Assembly: GCF_009914755.1 (NCBI RefSeq)
Contig: NC_060939.1
Origin: the human T2T-CHM13v2.0 reference genome, Homo sapiens
Direction: 5' to 3' (one strand)
DNA: 64,000 bases
How positions within the stretch are numbered: position 1 is the stretch's first letter; the number at the start of each line of letters is the position of its first letter. The translations under genes were made by a program, and so were the position numbers. The notes beneath the pieces are model-generated. The model had not been told where the DNA came from. It did not search any database and worked only from the letters and a program-made list of their open reading frames with translations. Shown piece by piece: positions 15,886 to 31,010 of the stretch.

Positions 15886-16699
15886 AAGATAACCAAGGTT
15901 TATTGCTACTTCCGTGATATCACCATATCACCAACTGCGTAAGCAGTGCTATTTAGTTGAAAATACATGGACTAGACCGAATATTTCTGCAACAGTTTAA
16001 TAAGAGACGATGATGCGACTACTGCAGCTGTCCCCAGGCAATTAAACTCTTCGGCGAATTTCTTTACTATTGCTTTTGAACAGGGAACTGTTTGCTATTT
16101 TAGGGCACTCGTGCGGTAAAGAACTTCACTGAAAAATGCAAATATGTTTTGCTAATGTGGGAGAAAGATGATGATCCTCTGAACCTGTGACTTGGAAGGG
16201 GGGATAAAAAAGAACTATTTCTTGAATTCTCGCCTTGCTCTTGCTGATTCGATGCACACAACCCCACGAACATTCAGATTCATGGCTTGACAAAGTGGGG
16301 ATAACCGGGAGCTGCAGCCCCGTCTTTGAAGCTTTTGTAAAGACAAACGGTCTGCAATGTTAAGCCTTAAATTGGCTTTTGGCGGACTCCAGCCTTTTAC
16401 CCTTCGTTTGGTAGATGTTTTCACCTCGCTGTCATTAAGCAGGGTCAGGAAATGGAAGGGCCGTGACCGGGTCGCCGTGGGCGCTCTGTGGGCGATGAGG
16501 GTCTCCTGAGCGAGCAAGACCAGTCTCTCCCCGACTCGCCACGCGCCACGCGCCGCGCGCCGGTTCCTCGGCTTCCCACGCCGGGGGCGCATCCTCCCGG
16601 GAGCTGCTGCCCTTTTCCAACATGGCGCCGCGGGAGGCGGGTCCCGCTCGTCGGCTCCCGGGGTTCCGGCGCCGCGCGTTTTGGTTCCGGAGTAACAGT

Positions 16700-17341
16700 G
16701 TCGCCGCCGCCTTCCTCCTCCTCCTCTCGCCGCTACCGCCGTCGCCGCCGCCGCAGCCGCCGCCGGTCCGCGCGGCCTCGGGTGGCCGGAGCTCAGCCTG
16801 CGCGCGCCGCGCCCTGTGTCTCCGGGTGGGGCAGAAGACTCGCCCCTTGAACCTCCCGCGGGGACTCTCCGTGGTGTGGCGGCCCTGGGGCTCTTTCTTA
16901 ATAGCCCCGGACTGAGTCCCCTCCAGTCGAGGACCCTCTCCTAGTCCACTGACGAGCGGTGGACACCTGCCGCTGTATCTCCCCCAAACCGAGTCCTTGC
17001 CCTGCTGCCTCCTCATACCCACACGGCGGCAGAGACCTTCACCATAGCGTTCGCTCAACTCCAGAACCTTCCGACCTCCGCTAGTTCCTGCGGGCCTTTG
17101 CCCGCTTCCCGGTGCACCCTCCCCGGGAGACACCTCAGACCCCCGACAGCCTGGGCAGGCTCGGTGCCTGCGGGTGCGTTCCTGATCACCCCTCCCCTCT
17201 TCCCTCCCCCTCATCCTCCATTCCCTTGTTTTCACCCTCTGTCCTCTGCCCGTCACTCCCCTTGTCACCTCTTGGAGCCCCCTCCTAACCAGCGGCCAGT
17301 GGGTTTCCCATACCCCAGGATGTGAGCCTCTTTAACCTGTA
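16700..17341 (+). other. MAP2K5: MAP2K5 5'UTR (TSS position approximate)
   Basis: GC-rich leader with interrupted GCC repeats; no ATG from 16625 to 17319. Confidence 0.6.
16701..16766 (+). repeat. Interrupted (GCC)n/(TCC)n triplet repeat
   Basis: tcgccgccgccttcctcctcctcctctcgccgctaccgccgtcgccgccgccgcagccgccgccgg. Confidence 0.85.
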
Positions 17342-17476
17342 ATGCTGTGGCTAGCCCTTGGCCCCTTTCCTGCCATGGAGAACCAGGTGCTGGTAATTCG
17401 CATCAAGATCCCAAATAGTGGCGCGGTGGACTGGACAGTGCACTCCGGGCCGCAGTTACTCTTCAGGGATGTGCTG
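17342..17476 (+). CDS. MAP2K5: MAP2K5 (MEK5) exon 1 CDS, aa 1-45 MLWLALGPFPAMENQVLVIRIKIPNSGAVDWTVHSGPQLLFRDVL (N-terminal part of PB1)
   Basis: Recognised MEK5 N-terminus; donor CTG|GTGAGT at 17477. Confidence 0.98.
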
Positions 17477-17895
17477 GTGAGTGGTAATCTCAGTGTCCGG
17501 ATGCCAGCAAGGGGGACTCAGGGACTTGAGTAGTCAGCACCTTGACCACTGGTGACCTGAGCCAGTGGCAATGGCTACTGCTGGCTTCCTGTGGAGGCAG
17601 TTTTATTGCTTCAGGCACAGCATTGATAAATTGCAACCACTAAAACCTGGCAAATGTCTAGGACCCTGGGGAGATAGATCAATCTGACTGAACCCCTGCC
17701 CTCAGAGAGCTCATGGCCCGGGCTGGGACACACATATAGACACAACCACGCAAATGCAAACTGCTGAATCTAGAAGAGAGGTTTTTTCCCCCCAAGTGTT
17801 TCGGGGAATGTCCTTGGACAGATTCCAGCCTTGTTTTTCTACTGAGTTCTCTGAACTTGGTGACCAGCTGAGAAAGGGAAAAAGGACAACTTTAA

Positions 17896-18198
<303 letters not shown>

Positions 18199-18212
18199 TG
18201 AGCAAACTTAAA

Positions 18213-18350
18213 GCATCATTGAATGTAAGACATTTTACTTAGAAAAAAATGCTAACCATGACAGTATGACACATCATCCGTTATTAAAATGAGTCCAGTT
18301 TCAGAGACGGTAAAAGTAAGGGAAAATGTGCATCTTAGAATTGGTGATAT
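18213..18350 (-). mobile_element. MER104-like TcMar-Tc2 DNA transposon remnant
   Basis: Reverse complement reads ...ATTCTAAGATGCACATTTT...TCTCTGAAACTGG...GTGTCATA..., resembling the recalled MER104 consensus. Confidence 0.6.
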
Positions 18351-19379
18351 TTTACATTCAGATTTTTCAGAATATATTTCAAATAAAATGATGGAATTTT
18401 AGAGCAGAGTGTAACACTGTAGGTGGCCTGTTCAGCTGATGTTTCTTTTTTGCAGATAGTTACTGAGGAGCAGTGAGGTGAAATGGCTTTTCCAAAGCTG
18501 TGAGCTCCTGAGTGGGAGAGTCAGTACCAGAACTAAAATTTTGTTTCATTGACTTAGTAGGTTTCTTTCCCTACATGTTGCAGCCGCTTCTAATCTTTCT
18601 GGTATTCATTTGAGATAGACAGGGTGCCTTGTGCCCATTCTACATGCAGAATAACTGAGGCATGGAAGACAGAAGCGGACATTCCGAAAAGCACATCACT
18701 ACCTGCAAGTTAAGAGTGGGCAAGGTGGCAGGATCTTGGGAAGAGGAAGATTTGTGATGTGATTTTTCATTGTCTTGGGTAACTTAATCAAAATTTGATT
18801 TCTATAACTTCATTTTGAGTTCTAGATGTTACTGACTGCCCAGGCCATGCAGATTTTTGGGTGCCTTGACCAGGAGCTTTCCATATTGTGCATCAAATGC
18901 CATCCTTCTCTTTGTATCCGGAGTTCTCCACACAGTCATGCACATACAGATTTCCCCTCATGATAAGGCCCAGGCTCCTTCATGTGGTCCTCTGGGCACA
19001 TCTGGATTGGCCCCTGTCTGCCTGGCACCTGTGTCATCTCTCTTCACGGCCCCATAAACTTCTGTGCCTCACTTACATAGGTTGATTTTCATTTCTCCCA
19101 GGTGTCCAGGCTGTCTGCACTCTGCTCTTCACCGGTCAATTCCCACCTGTCCTTCCAAGCCAAGTTGTGCTTTTTCTCTGTGTCATTCTTGGTTATGTGC
19201 CCCACCTCTGTGTCGTCACAGCTTTGTGTGGGTCCCCCAGCAAAGCACATGTTTGATCATGATTCTTTGTCTCCTCCACTAGATGGTAAACTTCTGGAGG
19301 AGATAGATATGTTTGTTTTTGTTTCTTCATAGGACCCCAAAATACTTGTTTAAGAAGGGAGCTTAAAAGAGGATGCATG

Positions 19380-19890
19380 CAATTATGGTTCTGTGGACAG
19401 AACACTAGGTTTAGAGTCAAGGAATTTGGGTTTAATTGCAAGCTGTCCCACTGACTAGGCAAGTCAGTCTACCTCTCTGAGCCTTAGTTTCCTTATTTGT
19501 AAAACAGGGAAACTTGTACCTTCCTCAAAGACTTGGAAAGATTATGTGAGATTGTGACTGTGATGAGAAAGATGGGTTTTCTCTTACTCATTTAAAACAA
19601 TGGAAGGTTGATTATTATGTGATTATATTATTTGGTTATGTGATTATTTCAAGAATAGCCCAGTGTTTAAGACCACAAACTCTGGAGCCAGGTTGTTTAA
19701 CTTGCAAGTTGTACTACTGGGGCAAGTATCTTCTGTATCTCAGTTTCTTTATTTGTGAAAAAAAAGTTGGGGAGGGGTGAAAGTAATGCCTACCTCCTAG
19801 AGTTCTGAGGACTCCTTGAGTTGATACATGTAAAGCACTCAGAACAACTTAGCACATAGTAAGCGCTCCATTAGTGTTGTTATTATTGAT
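19380..19890. mobile_element. MIR fragments
   Basis: CCTCTCTGAGCCTTAGTTTCCTTATTTGTAAAA and CTCAGTTTCTTTATTTGTGAAA MIR cores. Confidence 0.75.
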
Positions 19891-20788
19891 GGGATTGTTA
19901 TTATAAGGGATTGGACTTGGGTCTTCTGTTTCTTGAGCATCTCTAAGTTGTACCTGGCTCAAGGCTGACTGGCTTAACAGGAAACACGAGTGGCCCCACC
20001 ACTAGAGCTCAGCATGCCAGGTGTCTGCACACTTTTGGCTAGGTAAGCCCAGGTGGAGCATGTTTTGTCAGAAAGGCCTGACGAAGGACCTGTGGCAGTG
20101 GGTGTTCAGTGCTATCTCCTAGTGCTCCATTTTAGCAAATGTTCAAGCCCAGATCATGGCAGACTCCTGTGATCTGTTCTCCAGGTTTACTTCATCTCTT
20201 CATCAAGAAAAGGCAAGAACCAAGAGACACGTCAGCATCTCTGGCTTGGAACCTTAAACTTTAAAGTCACGTGGAACCTGGAAGAATCCCCTCATCTAAT
20301 TCAGACTCATTTCGAATGAAGAGGCATGAACCCCACAGGGGGAAAATACCTTGCTAAAGCCACCCAGCTAATTTTTGGCAGAACCTGACACAGATGCCAG
20401 AAGCAGGTTGTAGTCACCGAGTCAGCCATAACTGAGTGTCTCGGACCTGAAGTCAGCAGTTGAGGGCTCCAGTCACTGTGCATCAAATAGCTGGGAGACC
20501 CTGGGCAAGTCAGTCGGTCTCTCTGGGCCTTGTCTTTTGTCTGAATCATCAGGGACTGGCTGAACTATGGAGGCTGACCTGACCCTCAAAGGTAGAGACA
20601 TTTGGGTCTTCTGTTTTGCAGCTTTCTGTGTTTCTCTTTTTCCCTGGAGACTGAGTTCCTAGTTTTGGGAAAACTATACAAGAGGTCTGGTTAGTGTGTG
20701 ATGAGAGAGAATGCCCAACCCTCTCCCCTCTTCTTTTTGTATTCTGTGGTCTCCAAGCTCAGATTTCCCCTCATCTATAAGACTTCTG

Positions 20789-21078
20789 GGCCAGGAGTGG
20801 TGGCTTAGGCCTGTAATGCCAACACTTTGGGAGGCCGAGGTGGGTAGATCGCTTAAACTCAGGAGTTCGAGACCAGCCTGGGCAACATGGCAAAACCCCA
20901 TCTCTACAAAAAATGCAAAAATTAGTGGGGGCTTGGTGACACTCACCTGTGGTCCCAGCTATTAGGGAGGCTGAGGTGGGAGAATCTCTTGAACCTAGAG
21001 GTCGAGGCTATAGGGAGCTGTGATTGCACCACTGCACTCTAGCTTGGGTCACAGAGCGAGACCCTATCTCAAAAAAGA

Positions 21079-21083
<5 letters not shown>
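20789..21083 (+). mobile_element. Alu (AluJb-like)
   Basis: Full dimer. Confidence 0.88.

Positions 21084-21126
<43 letters not shown>
21084..21126. repeat. (AC)21 microsatellite in Alu tail
   Basis: Perfect dinucleotide run. Confidence 0.97.
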
Positions 21127-21128
<2 letters not shown>

Positions 21129-21399
21129 TTTCTGTCTAAACTGAGTCTGTGATTTTTTCCTTTCTCCTGAGTTACCAAATACTATTGGCTGTTTATGTCT
21201 TTTGTTTGGTGCTTATACTCTTAAGTGTTTTATATTACTAGTCTTTCAGGTTTGTCTTTATCTCTGTAACCAGTTTATAATCTTCCTAAAGTCAAGGATC
21301 AAGTTTTATTGTCCTGTAGCCTACAGCTTTGTGATCTTTATGCTCGTGGCATGTTGTAGATGCTCAATGATGTTTTGGATCTGTCAGATATTTGTCTGA

Positions 21400-21802
<403 letters not shown>

Positions 21803-23198
21803 TAGTTAGGTACATGTTATATTGTCAAGAGCAGAAGAAGGCCGCTTGGAAATAAGTCACTTTAGCTGGAAAATGTATATAAAATCATCAAATGTACCCT
21901 GCTTTAAAATGACTAGTAGATATTACTGATGTTTAAACTTCTTACCTCTTTGTCATTATGATTGCCCCACTTTATTTGCTTTAAAGAACAAAATGGTTGG
22001 TTGTGTTCACATGATTCTCTCACTCAAGTTTGCTTTGTTCTTTCTCCCTTTTCCTCGTATCAGGTGAGGAGCATGTGCAGTGCCTTGTTTATGTCGATGG
22101 GCTAAGGCATGCCATTGCCACTGAGCAGGTTTTCAGTTGGTTGTTAGAACTCTGCACTTTGATGGGGTCTGCTATTCCTAAGTAGGAAGGAGCCTAAATT
22201 AATTTGCTAACACTATAGAGGTACAGTTCACATCTCAAGATCGGAGTTTCCTGGAAATAACTGGTGATAACCTAGACTTAGAGAGTTGGGGATGAAGCAG
22301 TTGTTTTCCCCTCGTTTTTTTAAACCTACACTGGCTAGAATGAGTGTTCAATAAGTACTGCTGAAGGATGAAGTCAGTGAGTGAATCACCATCCTCCACT
22401 GATTGTAGGGTGCTGGAATTTCAAAGTTTATTACGAAGTAAGCTTTGTAATACTCCAGTTATTGGTGTTTTGTTTTATTTATTTGACACTAATATGGCAC
22501 TTGCCATGTGCTAGACACTCTTCTGAGTACTTTACAAATACTAACTCATTTGTTAGGTACAGCTAAGATCTGATATTACACATGAGGAAAGTGAGGCACA
22601 GAGAGATTTTGTGCACTCAGCTGTGCCAGAGAGCTAGCATCCAGCTGTAGCTGTTTGGCTGCAATTTCATGTTTTCAGGCTTTCCACTGGATTGCCTGTG
22701 TGCTTTATTCTGTACTCCCTTTACAGTTTCCTGTCAATAAATACTTTCTAACTATGAGAGTGTAGAAATAATTTTTTAACACTAAAATCTTTTATAGATG
22801 CTTCCTCAAAAAGTTGATGTTTCATTTGTGAGGACTAGACTCAGAAAAAAAAATCTCTTTTGGCTGTAATGAGCAAGGACTGCCTAAGATAGTCCTCTTT
22901 GATCAGTTTTATATGCACAGATTTATTTTTGAAAAAAAAAAAAAGCACTATAGAGGCAAGACTATTATGCAAATTGCCACTGCAGCAAAAGCTTCTAAAG
23001 AATTGCCTTTAGAAGGAAGTTGCAGCCACTCTGCTAAGTGCCCTGCTTGGAAAGGCTGTGGGCTCCCTGCTGAGAAATACTGCGAGCGGCTTTGTCAGCC
23101 GGCTGCCTGGTGCCAGTTCTGCTGCAGCCTGGGAGGGACACTGTGGCAGAGCTCCTGGAGAGAAATGAGGTTTGCAGGCCATTGGAGTTGGACTGGAC

Positions 23199-23225
23199 AT
23201 GATGGAGGGTCACTTTCCCCAGAGC
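23199..23225 (+). CDS. MAP2K5: MAP2K5 alternative first exon CDS, MMEGHFPQS, spliced in phase 0 to exon 2
   Basis: ATG ATG GAG GGT CAC TTT CCC CAG AGC|GTAGGT; matches my recollection of an annotated isoform in which aa 1-45 are replaced by MMEGHFPQS. Confidence 0.8.
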
Positions 23226-24051
23226 GTAGGTGTTCTATGCTTATTCAATTAAGCTGTCTCAGTATACTAATTTTCATGTGTTTTCAACTTTATAGATTTA
23301 TTTAAGCATTGATGTCAGATTATATACCCTTTTTAGATTTTTGTTGTAGGCTAGATTAACTTTATTTCGGTGTCATTAAGTATGTTTTCTGTTGCTTAAG
23401 AGTAAAGGTTGATAAGAACTGTTTGTGTTAAATGTGGCATAATGGGTTTATATCGTCATGGAAACTTGGGTGTCGAACTCCTACCATGATGAGTGCGAGG
23501 CACAGTGTTGCTTGTTGTATATCAGGAACTACATTTGTTGAATGTCTTCAATGTGCTAGGTCTAAGTTTATGTTTATTAGATTAATTTTTAAGCTACATC
23601 TATAAGTATTACCAGACCCATTTTGGAGGGTAATCAAATTGAAGCTCAGAGAGGTTAGGTGATTTTTTTCCCAGAGATTCAGACCTACGTCAGTCTGACT
23701 CTCAAAACCCCTCTCTCTTTCAACTGTAGTATATTCCACAGCCTCCCATAGAAGAAACCAAGTTTTTGTAAATACATGACGGTTTATTTGTATATAGACT
23801 GTTGAACTGAGAATAAAATATGTTATTAATAAAATGTGGAAAAGTTTCCTTAAATATTTTTCTTCCTGGAATAGAGCTTTAAACTCTGGGTTTACGTTGC
23901 TGGGCTAAGTGTGATTATGAGCTAATGTTTTTATAGTTTATGCTAACGTTTCAAAAATCTTTCCCAGGTTCTCATATTTCCTGTAGGATTTGCCACATGT
24001 TAGCAATAAAGAAGATGGCTAATTGTGTTTCTTTATTCTTTCTTTGTTTAG

Positions 24052-24100
24052 GATGTGATAGGCCAGGTTCTGCCTGAAGCAACAACTACAGCATTTGAAT
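24052..24100 (+). CDS. MAP2K5: MAP2K5 exon 2 (49 nt) DVIGQVLPEATTTAFE
   Basis: Branch-like CTAAT 24019-24023, polypyrimidine tract, AG 24050-24051; donor GTAAGT; continues MEK5 sequence. Confidence 0.97.
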
Positions 24101-24770
24101 GTAAGTCTGGCTTGTATACTTTCTTGACTATTCCTTTCTGCAGTCATTTTTTAAAGGGTTTATGGGTGGCATTACTTTAGAAACTGACAAAAACAGATTA
24201 TTTATGACCATCATATGGTACATTTAAATATTTATAAATTGATATAAGTTTAATGATGATACTGAACTGAGTAATATTTTCTTATTTAATCATATCTTGG
24301 GTGAGCATATTTCTACAATATAGCTTTAATTACCAGCATGACCTTTATCTGCTCTTGCTCCTGATTGTGATAATATTGCAGGACAAAATGAAACGTGTAA
24401 ACTACCTGTAGGCCAGTGATTATTGATTAAGAGATTTTAATCCATTGCTGCTTTAAAACATAGCAACAAAGTAGAGCTTTTACCATGAGCATTACATGGA
24501 ATAATTCTGTTTTAGTGGGGCTTAGCAGGGATGCTAGATGGTGACAGGAACACTTCAGGTCTTTAGTCCTTCCTTTTTCCCCACAGTTGGCCTGGGGACA
24601 GGGCCAGGGTGACCTGGGGACTAGAAAACTGTTTTGTCATGAACCAGGTCATTGCAGAGGACATCATGGAATGAGTCATGCTACGATGAGATAGTCAGTA
24701 GCATAAGGGCCCGGATGCTGAGAGGGATGAAGTAAGAACTGTAGTTTTTTTTTTTTAAGATGAGGGCTAC

Positions 24771-25107
<337 letters not shown>

Positions 25108-25189
25108 TAGAAAAATTTCAGTTTTTCCACAATAGGATACTTTTTTGTTTCTGTTTTTTATGAAGATGGTTACTTACAGAGAATACAAT

Positions 25190-26190
25190 GAGTACTTCCT
25201 TTTTGGAGGATAATTAGGCATTTCTTATCAACATATAAAATGTGCAAAACCTTTGACTTAGCAGATCCACTGTCAGGAAGCAGTTCAACAGAAATAGCTA
25301 CACATTTGTTGAATGCCCATCAAACAAAGTGTTCATTGTGAGATCATGATGATAATTATTGTTATTTTTAGAGACAGGATCTTGCCTTGGTGCCTAGACT
25401 GGAATGCTGTGGCATGATAGCTCACTGTAACCTTGAACTCCTGGGCTTACACAATCCTCCCACCTCAGCCTCCCAAGTAACTGGGACTACACGCATGCAC
25501 CACTATGCTTGGCTAATTTTTAAATTTTATGTGGAGATGGGGTCTTGCTATGTTGTCCAGGCTAGTCTTGAACTCCTTGCCTCAAGTGAGCCTCCTGCCT
25601 TGACCTCCCTAAGTGTTGGGATTATAGATGTCAGCCACTGTGCCTGGCCCACTGTGGGATTATTTATTTATTTTGGAGATAGGGTCTCACTCTTTTGCCC
25701 AAGCTGGAGTGCAGTAGTGAGATCACAGCTTGCTGTAGCCTTGACCTCCTGGCTCAGGCTTGTGGGATTATTTTCAATAGCAAAAAATTAGAGGTAAACT
25801 AAATGCCTATTATAATGGATTAATAAATTACTATTTGTCTATAATTCAAAGCATTCAACAGTGACTAAAAAGAATGAGTTAGGATTTTTTACATTTGTAC
25901 GGAAAGATATCTGTGAAATATTGTTGAATAAACAAATAATGCATATAGTATGATCCCATTTTGTAAAATATCCAACCACGCTTCCCCAACTTTATGTGTG
26001 TATTGAAAGATAGGATCTGAAGAGTGCCTACTACAGTACTTTCCAGTGACTTACCCTGTAAAGTGGACTTGGGGCCTGAGGCTTGGGTTGGTGGGGGCGG
26101 GAGGGGGTGGATGAATGATCACACTTTTTACTTTGTATGTTTCTCTATTGTTTGAACATATTTCAACAATCATTGCCTGTTTTTAAAAGC
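25190..26190. mobile_element. Degenerate L1M 3' fragment interrupted by an AluJ (-, about 25365-25648) and a partial Alu (-, about 25660-25758)
   Basis: L1M 3'-end phrases flanking reverse Alus. Confidence 0.7.
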
Positions 26191-26431
26191 TATAATGAGT
26201 AGAACTCAATGTAATTAGTATTTTATTAGTCACATTGAACTCTGTACTATAGAAAAATAGTACATCTGTCTGAAATACATACTAGTGTTGCAAGCTTTAT
26301 TCAGACTCTTTGCAGTAACTCCTTGCAGGTTCCACGGGTTTCATGGACAGTCTGATAGTTAACATTCGGAGTACTTACTGTTGACAGATGCTTTGCTAAG
26401 AGCATTCCATGGGTTATCTTATTTCTTTTAA

Positions 26432-26748
<317 letters not shown>

Positions 26749-27648
26749 CACGAAGTACTTAAAAGGACATTATTAGCTCTGTTTTTTGGTTGAGGAAAGG
26801 AAATCTTTAAGCAACTTGCTGAAAGTCTCTCAGCTGTTAAGTGGTAAAGTGGAATTTCTGGAGTAGTTTCCAGAGTGTATATTCTCAACCACTGTACTGG
26901 ACTTGTTTTGAGAGTTGTCATAATTATTGAAATCATATATTCTGGTTGTTCTTAAGCATGGTAAAAAGAAGTTTACTTTGTACTTTTTACTTGCTTTTCG
27001 GATCCCCAAAGTGGCTTGATGTGCCTGTGCCTGCCTCATTGGCTTCCAGTTAGGGTTCATAATAATAATAATACTGATTATTTTAACTATCATTCATTGA
27101 TAGCTTGCTCTGTGCCAGGCAGTGTACTAGATGACTTGCCTAAGTTGTTAGTAATCTTTATACTGAGTCTGTGAAATAGGAAAATTATACCTGTGAGGAA
27201 ACGAAGCTTAGAGGCCTGAAATGATTGCTGAATGTGATTGCTTGGAACGGTGAAGCCCAGGTTCAAACACACATCTTTTTGACTATAAAACTTGCACTCT
27301 TTATCCCCAAGTGTGTCAAAAGCCTGTTAAGTGTAAATATAGATAAACCTCTACTACTCCAGGTTTACGTTCTGTGATATCATGCTCTTTCTTTTGCCCC
27401 ATCAATGGCAGCAGCTCTGTGCCCATCTTCATGTGGGCCAGTTTTAAATGAAAAACAATAAATACAAAACATACCCACAGACAAAATAATGACAGTTCTT
27501 AGTTGTTTTGTGTTTGGATTATCATGTACTTTCCACTATAGACTTGAAATCCTAGGCTGGCTTTTTTCATGATTATTTTGTGGTGACTTTTTTTTCTGAA
27601 CCAGAAATCCGAACCAATAAATGGAATCTATGTTTAAGAAATAGTTGA

Positions 27649-27958
<310 letters not shown>

Positions 27959-28081
27959 AAGAAATAGTTGAGAAGATATAGCTTATAAGGAATTTTGGAA
28001 ATATTTCAGTGGCTTATGGGTATAATGGAACAACCCTTGAATAAATACAACTTTAATAAAAGAAATACTTATAGTAATACA

Positions 28082-28376
28082 TTTTTGGTTTTTTTGAAAT
28101 GGTCTGGCTCTGTCACCCAGGCTGGAGAGTGCAGTGGTGCGATCTCAGCTCACTGCAACCTCTGCCTCCCAGACTCAAGCAATCCTCCCACCTCAGCCTC
28201 CTGAGTAGCTGGGACTACAGGTGCATGCCACTACACTGGCTAACTTTTGTATATTTTGTAGAGATGGGCTTTGGCCATGTTGCCCAACCTGGTCTTGAAC
28301 TCCTGGGCTCAAGCAATCCATGCTCCTCAGCCTCTCAAAGTGTTGGGATTACAGGTGTGAGCCACCGCACCTGGCC
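28082..28376 (-). mobile_element. Alu (AluJb-like)
   Basis: Reverse dimer; TSD TTATAGTAATACATTT. Confidence 0.88.
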
Positions 28377-29183
28377 TTATAGTAATACATTTAATACTGA
28401 AAATATACCTAACACTAATTGATATCTTATATAAAAGAAATGGTGTTATAGTTAGTGATATGAATTAAGCAACAAGAGATAGGGTAGCTGTCAAATGTAC
28501 CTGTTTTGTATAAATGTAGAGAAAAAGAGTTGAGTGAGTGGAAAAGAGGGGAAAGGTCAGGTAATGTTACAGATTCTCCAGTTCTGAGAAATGGCGTCTC
28601 TTCAATGAAACCTCCGGTGATTCCAGATGGCATTAATCTCTCTGCACCTTTACTAGAGCAGGGAACCCCTTCAACCTGCCTTCTGGTGTGTGTGTGCATG
28701 TTAACTTCCCTCATTACATTTTGAGTCACTTAGTGATAGGTACGATGTTTTATTCCACTCTTTCTCTCTTCTTAGTAATGAGCTTGCTGCCTTAGAGGAA
28801 CACACTTGTTGAATGAGTGGAACGTTATGTGTGTCCATATTCAAATGAAAATTATAAAATGTATATGGTCTAAATCTAAATGAGTAATTTGCGTTTTTGG
28901 ATTATTTGTGTTATAGCCTGAGCATGGGATATAATTGGTTGGTGGTGGACAGTTCAGGCCTCCAAATCAAATTCCCACATTTGACTGACCCAAGGGAGTC
29001 AAACCTGAGGAGCTGTATTCTTTCTGATTTCTTTTTCTGGGTGTGGTGTTTCCAAGGGGAGTTAGGGCTGGATGAGGAGAGGGACATCTGTCTGCAGAAC
29101 TCACCTTTTGGGCTGATGGTCCTAAACCTTGTTTTCTTATTAAAAGGACCTCTTTTAGGTCCTTATTCTCCATTACATCTAGA

Positions 29184-29493
29184 GCTCACAGTTCTACAGG
29201 CTGTACAAGCATGGCACTAGCATCTGCTTGCATTCTGCTGAGGAAGCTTTTACTTATGGCAGAAAGTGAAGGGGCAGCAGGCGTGTCACATGGCGAGAGA
29301 GAGTGGAGGAGGTGCCAGGCTCCTTCAACCAACCAGTTTCTCACATGAACCAACAGAGTGAGAACCCACTACCATAGAGAGGGCACTGAGTCATTCATGG
29401 GGGATCCACCCCCACGACAAAAACACCTCCTTCCAGGCCCCGCCTGCAACATTGGGGATCACTTTGGAGGGGACAAATATTCAAACCATATCA
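29184..29493. mobile_element. MaLR solo LTR (MSTB-like), truncated
   Basis: CTCACAGTTCTACAGGCTGTACAAGCATGGC...ATTCAAACCATATCA. Confidence 0.85.
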
Positions 29494-29499
29494 TTGTGG

Positions 29500-31010
<1,511 letters not shown>

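Larger units (their letters stand above)
16430..17510. promoter_or_regulatory. MAP2K5: CpG island / TATA-less MAP2K5 promoter and exon 1
   Basis: Very high GC and CpG density; YY1-type CAACATGGCG 16618-16627; ETS-like TTCCGG twice at about 16664-16690. Confidence 0.92.

Noticed and set aside
16435-17268. 277-aa minus-strand ORF and overlapping 97-125 aa ORFs across the promoter
   Set aside because: Stop-poor GC-rich CpG island; low-complexity R/G/A/P composition with no recognisable domain. A divergent non-coding transcript is plausible but cannot be shown from sequence.
17285-17318. Possible cryptic acceptor in the 5'UTR (CTAAC...CCCCAG|G)
   Set aside because: Two intervening AGs (17291, 17298) and a weak pyrimidine tract after the putative branch point.
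22913-23305. 130-aa ORF over the alternative first exon
   Set aside because: Different frame from the MMEGHFPQS frame that splices to exon 2; no homology recognised.
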